Origin: Iphione sp. A-MEVVRFRX5
Taxonomy: Eukaryota
Assembly (NCBI GenBank): GCA_976226885.1
Contig: OZ320313.1
Span: forward strand, 105,834,001 to 105,898,000
Length of the DNA stretch: 64,000 nt
Direction: 5' to 3'
Shown: in pieces, positions 41,501-56,500 of the stretch
Layout: each line of letters opens with the position of its first letter
Numbering within the stretch: position 1 is the first letter of the stretch
The notes under the pieces: model-generated
What the model was told of the DNA's origin: nothing
Seen by the model: only the letters and a program-made list of their open reading frames with translations
Database searches by the model: none
Position numbers and translations under genes: made by a program

Positions 41501-44500
41501 AATTCTGGGTTTGATATGGGGGACAGCGTCCTCGATCCATATCCACACAAACCACATTTATCCTGACCTTATTAGGCGGAATTCCTCTTTATCCTTTCAT
41601 GTTTGTCTAATCTGGATCATTCGTTATTCGGATAAAAACAATAGAGAGAGGTGCTCCAGATGAGGAGGACTGACTTACAACAGTATGCTAAATAGCTAGA
41701 TTTGACCCTTCTCATACACTACAATATGAACAAGGGGAAATGCCAAGATCTCAAGAGAAATTTTCACACCAACCTAGGGACTAAAACTGACTCATACAGA
41801 CACCGAAGAACAGACCATATCCCAGCATGGGAATGTTATTTTTTTAGATATTTACACTCTGCTTAACCAAGCAAATCAGGGAGTGAAAAAAAGCATTCCA
41901 TCAGATTTTAAAAAAGGAAGGTTATTTCAACAATTACTAGGTGGCAGTTTAATAATTGTATGACATGTGCCTAAAATTATTGATCCCACAACCTATAGTG
42001 ACCTTATGCCCAATATAAACACCATTCCTTATAATATGGACATTGTACACCTGACCTTTGAACTTATCTATAAGTACGTCTAACTAAATTGTCCAGAAAC
42101 ATCATAATGACAAGTAATATTGTTGAGTACATCACTCCTGAAGCTCCAGCTCTGAAACATCCAGTCACAATGTACCAACATGTGCCAATAAAGAACAAAA
42201 GCACCAACCTAGCCAGGGACAACGGGACTTCTGTGTTGTTTTCCTACATTTAGACAATTTAATAGCTGAAGAATACAAGAGTGCATTTCTGGTCAAACAT
42301 TTTATTCGGATGAGTTTTCTTTTCTAATACAGTGTAGGGGATGTGACGAAGCAGTTGCGTGTGATATTCGCACCAAAAGTAAATTTGTTGTTGATATGGT
42401 GAACTAAGAAATTCTCCAAAAATTATTCCGCTCTCCCTGCAAATACACAGCCTCGTGTAAAGGAGACTGCCACAGTGACAATATCGATACTGCCACAGCA
42501 TGAACGGTAGGAAAACTGATACACGTAGTTTAATTGTTTTTACCTTTTGGAACAAGTCTTTGGAACGCCTCCCCGAAAAAAATAATGTGGTATTATAAGT
42601 ATTATTAGTAGTATTTTCACATGGATGTCTTCGAATAACGTGTGTTGTTAAATGACTCCTTCAACGGGTGCATTGAGGAGTCCATGTGCACCAAGATGGG
42701 GTTATGTACGGATGAGTGAAATGTGTTGTCGCCGGCTCCCATCTGTCAGTCACTGTGCCCACCCTGCCTCAGTGTCTGTACATACATCCATTGTCTACGA
42801 CGCAGTAACGGAGGAGTGTACTCTCCCCATGCTGAACGCCTTTCTGTATGTCCGTGGCTCTATTCACACAGGACCTATATGGGCGGTGGATGGGTGAGGC
42901 TTGTAGGGGGTGGGTAGGTGGCAGGCGGCCAGTGGTTACTGGCCCCTGCCGCGGCTTCTTTCAGTGTGACATCGGTCGCTGAGATGGGAGGGGGGTGGGG
43001 TGATGAATAGAGTGGGTGCTGTTGGACAGGCCTCACTGAGAGTGGATGTAGTAAGTGGTTAGGTTCTGAAGGGGTAGGTAGCAGGAGACAAGTGTGTGAC
43101 CTGAGGAGAGACAGTTCTCCGGTGTGTTGGATGGGTAGATGGAAATAGAGGCATAGGTAGTTACGGTGGGTAAGCGTAGGGGAAGTTGAAGGGTGAACAT
43201 TTTGGGGTGGAAGTGGGGCGGGAGGTTGGCGTTGGGAATGCTGAATAGTTGGTGGGAGGGTACGGGCCATGGTGGGCTGAAAGCTGTATAGTGCCTCAGG
43301 TAGGATCAGTACATGAGGCGGACGGCGGTGGTCTCAAGTATAAGAGGAGAGGTGCCCGGGGTGGGGGTAGTACAGACGGGTTGAGGAGGGGGAGTTGGCG
43401 GTGACAATGGGTCATGTAGGATATTGACCGACCAGTCCCGGCTGTGATCGATACAGGCCGATCACCAGGGGGCAGCAGGGGCGGTGCCCCGCCCCACGAC
43501 GCTGGTTTGCTCGTGGCGGGGTTTTCGCGCCGCTTTTCCCTCGGGGACCAGCCGCCTGCCAGCCTCTTATTGACCACCACTAACTCGGAGCGACTCGCGA
43601 TCTACTCGCAAGCATCCAGTTCGGCCCTTAACAGGCTGCACCCGGTAGTGTGGCCTTCCCTGTATGGTGCTCTGTGTGTCTATTCGGAGGGGGCTTTCCA
43701 AGTATTAAACCACCTTATCGCTCCCTATTCTGTCATTCTGGCCTCGCCCTAACGCAGCCATATGGCTGTCTCTGACCTTTTTGGTTCTGTACTCCACACT
43801 TCACTCTCCTCCGCTTACAGTCTCATCCTGATGATATCGTTTTAGTACAACACTCTTAGCGTTGTACTGTCCGAGCCCCCACTGCTCATTATTTACAGGA
43901 TCTAATGTTGACACTGCAAAGGAGTCCGAGTCAACCCTATTGGCAGTGTCACCCTGACCCCAGTCAACAATGACAGAACGTAACGCTTGCAGCACACACA
44001 CAGAGCAAACTCTGCTAAACACTTAAACACTCCCATCCCCGACAACGCAATGTTCCACTCTGTCCCTCAGTGAGACGTCAGTATTATGTTAAGTGCCCTC
44101 CCTTTCCATCCATGAAACATATCCAATAGACATCGTCCTAGTGGTACAAAATGGATACCAGACTGAAATACTGCGAACCAAAGGGCTTACCCAAGGAGAG
44201 AGATACGATGAGTAAATAGCGAGACATGTACACAGAGAGAAAAGAAACAGACCGAGGAGCCGAGACAGAGGTACAGACAGGAGGAGATAAAAGCCATAAA
44301 GACATTTGGAGCATATAGAGGAGTAGGAGGGGAAAGGTGGAGGAGAGCAGGAAGAGGAGCCGGAGGGGGAAGAAGAGACGGAGGCGGAGGGGGGGAGGAG
44401 GAGAATGTCGACGTTGGTCGAGTCCATTCTCTGAGGACGTCCATCCTCTGAGTATTGCATACCATTCGCGGCATCTAATTCATAATAAGTCCCCTCCATC

Positions 44501-47500
44501 AGCACGGTTCAAATAGGAATGTACATGTACTCAGCAACAACAACAAAATACATAGACCCAGCGTGCGGCACCTGTCCCCGACAGTTTGCCCTATGTATAA
44601 ATGGTTAATGCTCTCGCTGTATAAACCGCATAGAATACCACCAGCACGCGCCAGCCACCGTCGAGTAAGTACTGCGGGACGTTCTTCACTGAACTACCGC
44701 TGCTGCCCGTTTGCTTCATCGCCTCGTTAATTTGTTATTCAATACTACGACGAAGGCAGAACAAAGGCGGACGGGGGAATTAGAGTAAGAAAGACTAACG
44801 AGGCAAATGGAAGCAAATCAACTACCATTACGGGGAGAATATGCTGCGTGTTCGGTTGCGCAGGACTGGCAAGCGATTCGACCAGGCGTTTAGGACCATT
44901 TTCTTATACTACTAGTACCTCTTGGAGGAGCATGAGTAGTATAGGAATCATCAGAGAATGTTTATATTGCGATTTCTATTGGTTATACGTCGTGGCATTT
45001 AAGTTACAATCCCAGTGAAGTTACTTTCATGTCTCTTTTAGATGTCCACAGATGCTCGTTAAACATTCTGTATGGAATTAATCTAGAATAGCGAAGACCA
45101 AATAAAAGGTAGTCATCGCCTCTGAGTGGCATGAAGCCATCGCCTTTTTTAAAAAAAGGAGATATGTTAGGTATGGAATTGTATAGAGTTTGCTACTTTC
45201 TTTATGCATTTCTATGTATAGATATTTACAGAGTTAAGCTGAAATTGACTACATCGAATTGTACCCCACAGACACCGTGCCAGTGTCTACTCAGCGACAA
45301 ATCCGTGCAACAAGATGCGCGCTCTACGTGTTCACTTACGCAATGTATTAAGAGCAACAAGGCTTAAGCCTAGCAGTCCAGCCTCTATATTTTAGCAGAT
45401 TTGAAGTGTGTCAATACATCTCAATAATCTATATTATTGCATCGATGTCATTATGCGAACTGAAGAGCCTGTCATATGCGGAGAGTCAGCCTCCAAACTA
45501 CCATCACCTTATTGATACCGCTCACCAGCCAGCGTCAGAAGCGACAACAGACTGCAGGCCACCTTGCAACTCTATCACGAGCAACACCACACAGCCACGA
45601 CAGCCAAACCATCTCAAATGACCACCTGCTCAGGGACCATGACAAGACGTGGCCTCCACCATCTCTGGCCCCCTACCCCAAGACCTACAGGTTGGCCCCC
45701 TACCAGCCCGCACACATTATCTTACAGGACATGGTAGGATGGTAAATCTCATCCGCACCTCATCAGGAGGAGGTTCACTGGAGAAACGGCGTGTGTCCAT
45801 GATTTCGTTTACAGAGAAGCACGACGGTGTTATTGAGTTGGCGCTGATAGTGTCTGGGGTACCAGACAACGCTCTCATCGACTCCCGTCAGTGGTGACCA
45901 GCGGAAGGGGAAAGTAGGGATTTTTTTTTATGATGGGAGGAGGGGGTGGAGAAATTGACCGTGGTAGGGATGGGAAGTATCAATAGGAGCGTGTTCATTA
46001 GATCAGTTTTTTCGATGTGAAGGCACACTGGCTTTAACTGTATAGGGCGTCTAGTGCCAGGTGCATGGATCTTGCTACAAGAACAATACATTTAGACGAG
46101 TTCTGGTTGAAATCAGCGGATGCTGCTCTGGAGTCATTATATATTGTCCAGCCACCATGATTTCACAGGCAGGTAAAAACGTGCTGGGTGGACAGTGAAG
46201 AGGTATGACTGGGCAAACAATAGCTTTGCCAAGCCTCTAGGTGTGGCTGTATACATGTATACATACACTGCACTTCCAATACCTTGTATGTGCAATATAG
46301 AATTGTCTGGATAGTGTGAATATTACCAGAATCCACATACATGTACCTGCAATTAATCCATTGCCGAGTAGTACAGAAATCGTTAAAACACGATTCTGTT
46401 TTAGATAGTTTCCTGAAAATTACGGAGAATGGTACAAAATTAGGATTTCTGATTGCTTCAGCCTATTGTGATCGCAGAAAAGGCAAAACACACTGCCCCA
46501 AAGCTGGGTGGTTAACACTTCAACAGTGTGTCCATCTTTTCACATTGCATACCTCTCAGTGGAATTTAAACAATGTTGCTGTGCAGTAGGACGTGAATAA
46601 AAAGCTGATCATAATGCTTTAAGCAGTTTACCGTCACGCCAAGTGACAGATATTTGATTATAAGGAGCAACAGGCACAACAGACAGACCTGTCAACAATA
46701 GAGCTAATCAACTGATCATTTATCTGGATGTACATGTTAAAACGAAGTAATTGAAACAATGACGCACAGGAAAGGTCCGTGGCATGAGCAATATGGAATA
46801 CATGTGCATAGATTTTTTTGAGTGAAAATGTTATGAAATATGGCAGGTCATATTCAATTTTGTAAATTACAGAATTTAAATAACAAGAAAGGGGACCTAT
46901 AAGGTCAATGATTCCCCACCAGCCATTCAATCAAGTGGGAATCGCTTCTTCTGACATAGCTTCATACCTTGAAATCTACAAACAAAATTTGTGTGTATAT
47001 CAGGTCATGTGTACAACGACGTATTAAAACACATTAATTTGGCTTTAATCACTTGGATTAATAATAAATTAAACTAGTGGCAAAGGTCCAGATGAAAAAA
47101 CAGAATATCTAAAATGACATTTGATACAATAGTTAAAGAGGAGATAGACCAACAACATCATGACAAAGGGTCAGATGATTGGGCAGCAGCATTTCTAAAG
47201 TTCCTCCCCCCTCCTCCTGGTGGTGTGGGAAAAAAGAGATGCAGTGGGGATATCCCGTGCCAGCAGATGCTAGCTTGATTGTAACAGTGTTCCGATGTAA
47301 TTCGCATGACACCGCTGGTCACATGGTGCTGATGTGTGATCATAATCATCATGGCAAGCCCATGGTTACATAAACATGCACTGCATCTGACATGTCAGTG
47401 TTTTATAAAGTGTAACACCTGATTACGTAGGTGTAATTAATATGAGTCGTTATTAAGGCTTCACCGTGTATGACTCTTAAGGCTCATGAGTGCAGCTTAT

Positions 47501-50500
47501 GTTAAGGTGTTCAACAACTAAAAATATAGAAATGACTTGTTCAGTGATGATACTTACAAAGCTTCGGGGGAAGTAAAATATATTGTCAAGGTAATAAGCC
47601 TAACAAGATGGGAATTCACCGCATAACACATATATGTTATTTATGGTCTCCTATATTCTCTGGCCTTACTGTCCTTTATGTTAACATGAATCAGCTTTTC
47701 CATTTTGGGGCCTAGGAAGGCGCGTCCTACTTGACAAATGAACAAGCCTGGTCTCAGTAGGCCTACTTTATTATAAGTAGATACTGTCTTTCCAGGAATA
47801 TGTGGACAAATAATTACAAGGAATACGTCTGGGTGTTCTCTCTAAAGCAAAAACAACTAGCTTCACTTCTTTCGTAATGACATCAATTCCTGACGTCAGA
47901 TCATCTTGTTGTGTCATTTGTTTTAAACACTACGACAGGTCAACGATAACAAATAAAGGACTAATTGTAAGAAATCCCTTTTTATTGCCGAAGCTTCCGT
48001 CTCAAAATGGAAAATGTAACGTTTTTGTTTTGCAATAATGTCTGCTGCAAAAAAGGCCACGTAATACATGTATATAGACAGCGTTAGAGAGTTTCCAATA
48101 GGAAGGCATGCAAAATATTTGTTTTCAATTGTCATAGACTTGCGTGTGTTTGGCACGACCTTTCAAGCGCACCAAGTCTAGGCTAGATTAGTAAACAGTA
48201 GTTAATTGGTATTCTCCCGGGGGGGATGGCATTATAAGGGGGATGAGGAGGGAGGCCACAGAGTGCGATTCGCAGTAGTCTCCTAATTTGTGTCGAATCC
48301 TGGGCCAGCCGTAGTTTGTAGTTGATGCTAAGCTACTGTCTGTCGTGCGACATTTCGGCGCCTTCAGTGGCGCCGACTGGTGACCTATGGCAGCATGACT
48401 ACACGAACGCATCCTGGCGCAACAAACTCTACTAGTGGATAGTTGGGGATGTTGCCGTTGTTGTTGGTGCTATAACTTCTGCCATTGGTACCGGTTTTAG
48501 TATAATTATCTCTCACATAAGTGCAGAAAACGTTGGCTTTTGTGTCGTTACCTTCAAGAATGTTGGAGCTGCTGGTGTTTCAGATAAAACAATATACGGT
48601 ATTGAATGGTGAAGCAAGGGTATGGATGGTGATGTATAGTGATGCTGGTTGTCTGCGACGATATTAGAGTTGTCCTAGTGGCAGGGGGGATGGAGGGTTT
48701 GAAAGTGAATTGTAGCAACACATGTCGTGCTAGTGACTACCAAAACCATTCGATGATTGTATAGTCACTGAAATTTCCATTACGGGAAAGGCTTTTCATT
48801 GGAATAAACGCACCTTCTGCACAAACGTCTGTACCGCCGACTAAGGTACTGTCCTGATACATAAATAGTTCTCTCGAATCGACTCTAGATATGATACTCT
48901 TCAAGACAAACGTGTCCCAAGTGTAAGGGTGTGTCCTGTCATATGTGTTCCCATTCATGAGGTTCTACTGTAGATTCCCTGTGTTCTGACTTAGGCGTGA
49001 CAACGGCAGTGTACACGGGTTGATATCTTCGTGTCCTTGACACGCACGCTAGCAGTTCGGACTAGTTGGAAAGGGACTCATTACCAAATGCAGCTTGAAA
49101 CTGTATACGCACAGAGTGCATTATTAAATAATGTTATACCCAGCACCACATCAATAAGCGTATGATCCAAGAAAGACGGTGGCTAGGGCAGTCTCGATGG
49201 CTAACGATTGCGGGCCATTGATCTGCATACAGTTATATATAAACACGGTTTATGTACTCTCTGTGCTTGTGGTCCTCCCTTACACAGAGGATGTATGGCT
49301 TTACCGCAAGCACCAGCATATCGCTACGTATCACAATACAGGAGGAAAGTTAAAGTTGGTATCTAAATATATGTACTTGCAGATGTATGTGTATATAAGG
49401 CTGTATGGACTTCGTATAAGTCATTGTCATCCTCCTCGTACGATGGATGCTCTAATTGCGATAGCTGAGACTATCTGTCCTTAAATGTTATTTTTCGCAT
49501 GTTATTGACACCGTTTCATATATTGCATTTGACTGCATTGCAGACTACCATGGCACCATTTGGACTGCCAGGCTAAATAAAATTATATAGTTATATGGTC
49601 GCTGTATATAAAGAACAAAATGTGTGCCCAATTACGTGTATTTAAAGATTGATTATTTATTAGAAGTCCTATTAGATACTTTCTTTTCTGTATACAGTGA
49701 ACTGTCGCTTAGAGGACCGCCTCTGGGACTGGAGAAATTTGAACTTGTCTCCTTTGTGGCTTCTTATAAGTATAAGGTATATGCTAATACAATCTAATAT
49801 ACGTATTCGGAACTATCAATATAAGTATTCGGAACTATCAAAATCTGGCCTTTCTCAATACTGAATCTCCCCCTTGATCTGGTCTCTAACTAAGAGGCGA
49901 ATGTAATTTATCTTGAACTCCAAATCTGCCTTTACTGACATGATTCATGACACAGCTAGACATAATGACATGCACACTTGTCCCTGGCTTACTGGCAACT
50001 TTCTAACAGAACTTAAATTCTGACAAATTCCCCTGCCATAGTCTTTAATTCTTAGTAGAATATGACCTCGCTAACTGACGAATTCCGTATAACCAACATA
50101 AACATCTGCAACAACGCAATGTTGGAAACTGAATGTTGACTGCATATGCATACAGACACTACTAGCAGATACATACAATGAGCATGAACAATTTGCCTTC
50201 TTCTTTGCGATCTTCATAGGAGTGTATCCATTGTGATCTTATTTATAGCGAATCCTTTCTTGATATGACAGCATCTGTTTTCCCTAATACACATAGACGG
50301 TGATCTTACTGAGCTTACCGCTCACCTGCATCACTCAGTGTGACGCATTTGTCAACTGCCAGAACGTTCATTGATTCTCTTGTGGGTGTTTCCATGGCCC
50401 TGTACGTAATCTTGCGATGCGTTTTCCTCCTTTTTCATCCGATCTATTTTTGTCTCCTAATCCTTCACCAACCTTCATGAACTTCCTCACCCTATATTCT

Positions 50501-53500
50501 GATCCTACTATTTCTGTTTCTATCTCGCACTCCTTTCCCTGTGCATTGCGTACTCCATTTACAATGCATTGCCCACCATTTCATAAATGACTTATACTTT
50601 CTACCCTCCTCTGGTCCTCCTCTTTTGCCATTTTGATAATATATCCATATTTTATCAGTTCTTCCGTCCTTTTTTACAACTACTTCTCCACGTCGGCCCA
50701 CCTCCCCTTTTTCAGCCCTTCTCAATGTTTCAATCCTGCTGGTCTCCTGTCGTCATCAGTTCTTTACCCTATAAATAACCCCACCTTCCCTTTATAGCAC
50801 ATCTGAGGCGGCCCTGTGGATCACGAATTAGGCCTCTTTAGCCCTTCAGCCACAAGGTAGATCAAAGAAACGCAAGCCTTCAGATAACCCTTGTCACACG
50901 TATTACCTCCTTTAGTTACCAATGGTTGCATGGCAGGGCGGCTTCAAGACCATCAATTCCAACCCTCCATAAAATAATCCGAAGTTTATTTATGGTCCTC
51001 AGAATATGATGGCCATAGAAACATGGGTTGCAGGTCAGGCGGGTACAGGGGTAATTGGCTGTTTTGAGGGGGGCGGAGTTGATTAGGGTAGCCACGGTAC
51101 CTGATGAAGTCATGAAGGCCGGTGTGCGGATCATGTGAGCTAGAGGGTTGCTGTATAATATAATGAGTTGTCGGACTAGGGAGAGGCACTCAGATTTTAT
51201 GTAATGATAATGTGGAAGTCCTGTTGTAGAGGAGGCATCAACAATCTAATGTGATTTCGGTCTTCGAAGCAACAAACGATAAAATAAAGAATATTTTTTA
51301 AGCTTTATACAGGAATGGTCTAAAAAGAGTTAATCATTAAAATATATATTCAAACATACTTCGGTATAGGAATTTCCACAAGAATTCCATGCGGAGAACT
51401 AATTCACTAACGGGCACCTATAAAGACGTCTACTACTGACACACTGAGATTTAAGCTCCGCAAACGGAATTCTTTTATTCAGCACCGGTGTCTGGCATAA
51501 ATGAACCCAACTCATGTTAGATTTATGAAAACCGGGTGGGTGTGACAGGCATAGATAAGTGGAGACGATCGTCGATCTGCGAGGTATATACATGTATACA
51601 TGTTGTCACCGGCATGTTATGCTTGACTACACCTGCCTTTGATATCTGCACATAATGTGAACATTAAAATTCATTAATTTCATCTATAAAGCACTTCAAA
51701 TAATACCACAGTGAGCCATTATCCAGCGTGTATATGCGAGGATCTTATATCAAAAGATTATCTCATTAGACCCATTGGTTTAAGAGGAGACAGAACCACA
51801 CGATAAGAACAGAGAGTCAGACGGTTGGATAGCAACAATCCTAAGATCCAGGGGACAGAAATACTGATGAAAATTAAGACAAACTTTCCCATGCAAGGAC
51901 TAAGACGTCGGTGAGAGGTCGTCAAAGTTCAATACGCACATTATGATTCAGTGACAATTTCTCACATCAGCAAGTTTCAACGAGCCGTCAGCAGGTTATT
52001 TCGGTCTTGTTCCGACGTATGAGTGGGTGGAAAAATGATACAGAAGCAGAGAATATTATCACTTTTGGAATCCACAGACATGTGAGAAATGTCAACGCAC
52101 GGTGGTCAGTATCTCAACCCTCCAGGTAGTTCTTACATGAACGTTTCTTTTAGAGTAGAAAGGATGCTCACTACACTTTGTCGTAGCGACCATGATGACG
52201 AAGGAGGCGTTTTCCCATGGCTGAGATCAGCATCAGAATCCGATTTGTCCACAGCTGATAATCTGCTGTGCCTACCGGAGGAGAGATAATACTTGGGGAC
52301 TCATCGCAGTGACATATGGGGGAGTAACACGTAAGCATGGACGTCCATCCACAATAAAATTCCCCCCTGCTCCTTTTTTTGCCGTAACTCACGCAGCATC
52401 CAACAAGCCACTATACAATCCACCTGCCTACCAGCTTACCGACCCCATCCCCCCTTCCACGTCAGTGTACCGGCTCGTTGGGGGGTTGGGGGGACTAGAC
52501 TCCTTATATACCAATTGGCTGTCAGCCGATCGATGACCGTCCTTGCTAGCTATCAGCCTGGATCATCGCAACATGCTCATATCCGAACTTATGAGTAGAG
52601 ATGAGGCCACCGATGGGTCTGAGCCATCAGCCTCCCTTCCAATAGCCTCTCGTTCTGTCTCTCTCTTTATGTCTGTCTGTCTGTCTGTCTGTCGGTATCT
52701 CTATCCCTCTCTCTCTCCAACACGGAGCTTTGCCTAGTAGTGTATGCTCGGGGGTCCAAGTATGCTCCCGCCTACTTACGTGCCCACGCTGCTTGCTGGA
52801 AATCCCATGTCCTAAAACCTGGGAGACAAATCTGTCCTTTATGATCGGATTTGGCTTGTCCTTTTTTACGAGCAGCTAAAGCTTATTCTCCTACCTTGAG
52901 TTGCTCCATGTTAAGTCCGCGAACATTATAAGGCTGTAGGTGAAGGTCTTTTATGAAGATGTGATTGCAGACGGTCGGTCAAAAGCCATTCTTTTCATTT
53001 CCATGACCTCACAAGAACGTCACCAATTCCATTAAATTGGGATTTAATGTTTGTTATTGGCAGTCATCTCATGGGAGGTGTAGCCAGTCACGTCATAAGA
53101 GAAATTCCAGGAAGCCAAACTTATTACCAGCAAAGTAAACTCCTAATGCGAGTTTATTAACAGGTAATGTATCCGTGCTATAGATACGAAAAAGATTCTC
53201 AATTTACGATGTTCAAGATACGCCTTGGTTCTAAAAGCACCTGATCGAAGTTAGTATTAAAGATTTAAGGGACTATCTTCTCGCGAATGAGCTAATCATG
53301 AGAACAAAAAACAGATCTACATGTGTGCTGCAACAGGTATAAAAGCAAGGAAAAGGAGAAGTACAATAGAAACCCTAGAAAAGTGACCACTGAATGGACG
53401 AGCTTATCCTGCGCGTAATGGAGGGTTTCAGGTTTGTTTTTATTATACACTGTATATCATGTAACTTGGGGCCGGAAAAGTTACCCTCCTAGCTGAATTG

Positions 53501-56500
53501 TCTACAGAGTTGCTACTATATTCAGGTAGAATCCTGTGTTAATGCATGGTTTGATGCTGGGTAGAACACGTTGGCACTAAACCTTATAGTGATGCTGAAT
53601 TTTGTGAGGGCTAACCACCACATATCCTTCTGAAAATCACTTGTTGCGAAGAATGAAGCGGCTTTGCAGTTACCCACTTGTACCCCTCCTAAAACTAACT
53701 GGATTATTTAGCTGAGGAAAGTCTTACATAATACATTTTGCTCAATGTCTGGAAGCTACCGGCTTTGAAGCCTCTACCCATGCATTCATCTTAACCCTCT
53801 CTAGTTAATCACAATGTCTCAATCCTATTAGCAAGGATGATCGCACCCGTCGATGAAAACACCGCTATTTCAAGCCATCAAAGCGTACTCGATCCAGCGC
53901 ATCCATATATGATGGGCCTTAACTGCTTAAAGGTATACCCTTGAGAGATCTTCTTGCATAACTATCGACTGATCGCTAATCGCTCCATCACTCAGACCGG
54001 CAGCTGCCTCTCAGAGATACCAATCTGATCCAATTCAAGTTCCCTCCCTTTTCTTAAGTATGTACCACGGAATACAGTGGACCCTCGCCAGGCGATGACT
54101 CTGTAACTGACAAAACCTGTATACAACTTGTATAAAACCGGTATACAAAACCTATATCTGACATATTTCTGACCTTTTCCTCATTTGTGGTTCCACGAAG
54201 GGAAAAAAATTGGTGTAAATTTTGTGTAAACTGTATTGATGATGCTCAACTATCAATCCCATATTGTTGCCATGACAATAAGTGATAACAAATAACATTA
54301 TTGAGAAAAAATAATGTAATTCATAGGCCTTAAAATTTCATCTAACAGGACAAAGTCCCTACAAAATTTAATCTGTCAGTTTAAATGGAATTTTGAACTA
54401 TAATTATTCTCACAAACCTTCCAAATTTTCTCGATCCGGAAGTATCCTTAAAACTGTAAATGACAAGTATGCTTTCCATTTAATACAGATGCACAACTGT
54501 ATAGCCTAAGAGAACCTTTTATATTTTGATAGGATGGGGATCAAATCAAGACTGAGTGAGAATCATGGTGTGTAAAATTATTTGTCCTATAATGTGCGTG
54601 CACGCTGTCATACTGCCTTAATATGAATTCTGAAAACATGGAAATTACACGTTCATTAAATCTTTTCGGGATACTTGTCTAGACTGAAAACGTAAACTCA
54701 TTGAAGGTGGCACCAATAGGGTCATACACATTGGAAAAGGCTGGACCACAGTACAGTTAACACTCACTTGAAGATCAACCGCCGGGGGCAACCACCTCTT
54801 GGGGGAGACCAATTTGGTCACAACGGAGCTTCCATCAATGCAATTCCTACATGTTGGACCCTAACAGGGGCGACCAACCACTGGGAGTAACCATCTCTCA
54901 GGGGAGACCACCATATTTAGAACCAAACAACCACTTTTCATTCATGTGGCAACCAAATCTTCTTTCATTCATTCACATGTCCTCTCTCACCCTGGAGGAG
55001 GTGTGACTTCTTGGTTCTTTGAAGGTTATCAACACACTGGAGAAGTGTGACATAGGCCCTTGGGTGAGAGAGACGGAGAGAGGAAATCTATATCACCAAA
55101 GGTGACCTCCTCACAGAGGCGACCACATTCACCCAGTCCCCTAAGTGGTCACCCCTGCGAGGTTCAACTGTATTACTACAGACTTCAAGGGACGGGTACC
55201 TTGTCTATCAAAAGATGTGGGTTTGGCTTTAAAATCGCATGTGATAATTTGGGAATCGGGAAATCTTTGCCCATAGTTAAACTGTCTGTGGGTCCATTAC
55301 CCTCCTTATGTATTCTAAGCTCTCTGTATTCTGAGCTATGATCAACATGGTGTGGACAGATGTGATTAATTGGACCACAGACCTCCCCGTCAATAGGAGA
55401 AACCAGTGTCTCTGTCAGTCGATGAACGAATGATAGATCATGTAACCCTTTAAGGGCTAGCTGTACATAAATGCACTTCGTGGTAAGGGTGACTTGTGCA
55501 TAAACGTACTCTCCTGGTAGAGATGAATAATACATACATGTACTATGTAAAAGTCGAGAAGAAAAAAAGATAAAATACCAACATGATATATCCACATGCT
55601 TCTTTGACATAATCCTATAAACATATCAATATGGAATGTAACATCATATCACATTAACTGCACAATAATGTTTCTTGTTTGAGGTAAATAAAAGAGTAAA
55701 CGTATTTTCAAAAGGACATTAACTAGGGCTTTAAAGATAAGTCGATATAAATATAAATATACTTAGAAATAGATACTAACTATCCTAATTCTTAGCTAAA
55801 AAAACAGATAGGCTCTGAAAAGATCGATGGTAGCTGAAAAAATGAAGTAATAAGCTAAATTCTTTCGACTTGATAGCTTATTAAGTGAAATGTCAGCAGC
55901 AGGTGCCATATGGATCTCATTTTGAAGCTGCTGGCTCTATTACGAGCAAGTTTATTTTAGATGACTTTTCAAACTTTCCGGAAATATGGTCATAATGAAA
56001 AGAGACCTGCCAAAAGCACATGAAGATGTATCTCACCTTCTGTAAATGCTATCCATGAAAAATGTACATATTAAGATATCAATATTCCTGTTTAGGGCGT
56101 TATTCTGTACCTACGGTGGAATCTCTCATTCCGAACAACCCTCTAATCAGGACATCTCACATTGTGGACAGACTGCAGCCAACCAAGTCTATATAGGTAT
56201 ATTCATGTCTGAATATTCCGAATATTTCAGACATCCATCCTTATGGACAGTTTCTGGTCAGTCCCTTTACTGTCCATATAAGTGAGATTATACTTTACTT
56301 CTTTTACCCTCATATAGCTTCTAAATATAACCCAATTATATCTTAATTAAAGATTGTAGATTCTCTGATGTACAATTCTGGTTAAACAGTGTATAAAAAC
56401 CTAAAGAAACAAACCTATCTTAAAAAGGAATAAGCGTCTAAATTGCGTGGGCTTACAATGAATAGGGGTTTTAAAAGGGCCGCTGACATCTATTAAGTAT

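Noticed and set aside
52134-52270. Protein-like segment [40 protein letters not shown]
   Set aside because: Only fits as a phase 2-2 exon, with no partner exon I can support.
55185-55610. 141-aa minus ORF next to a MITE
   Set aside because: No recognisable domain and no supported splice sites; the length is compatible with chance.
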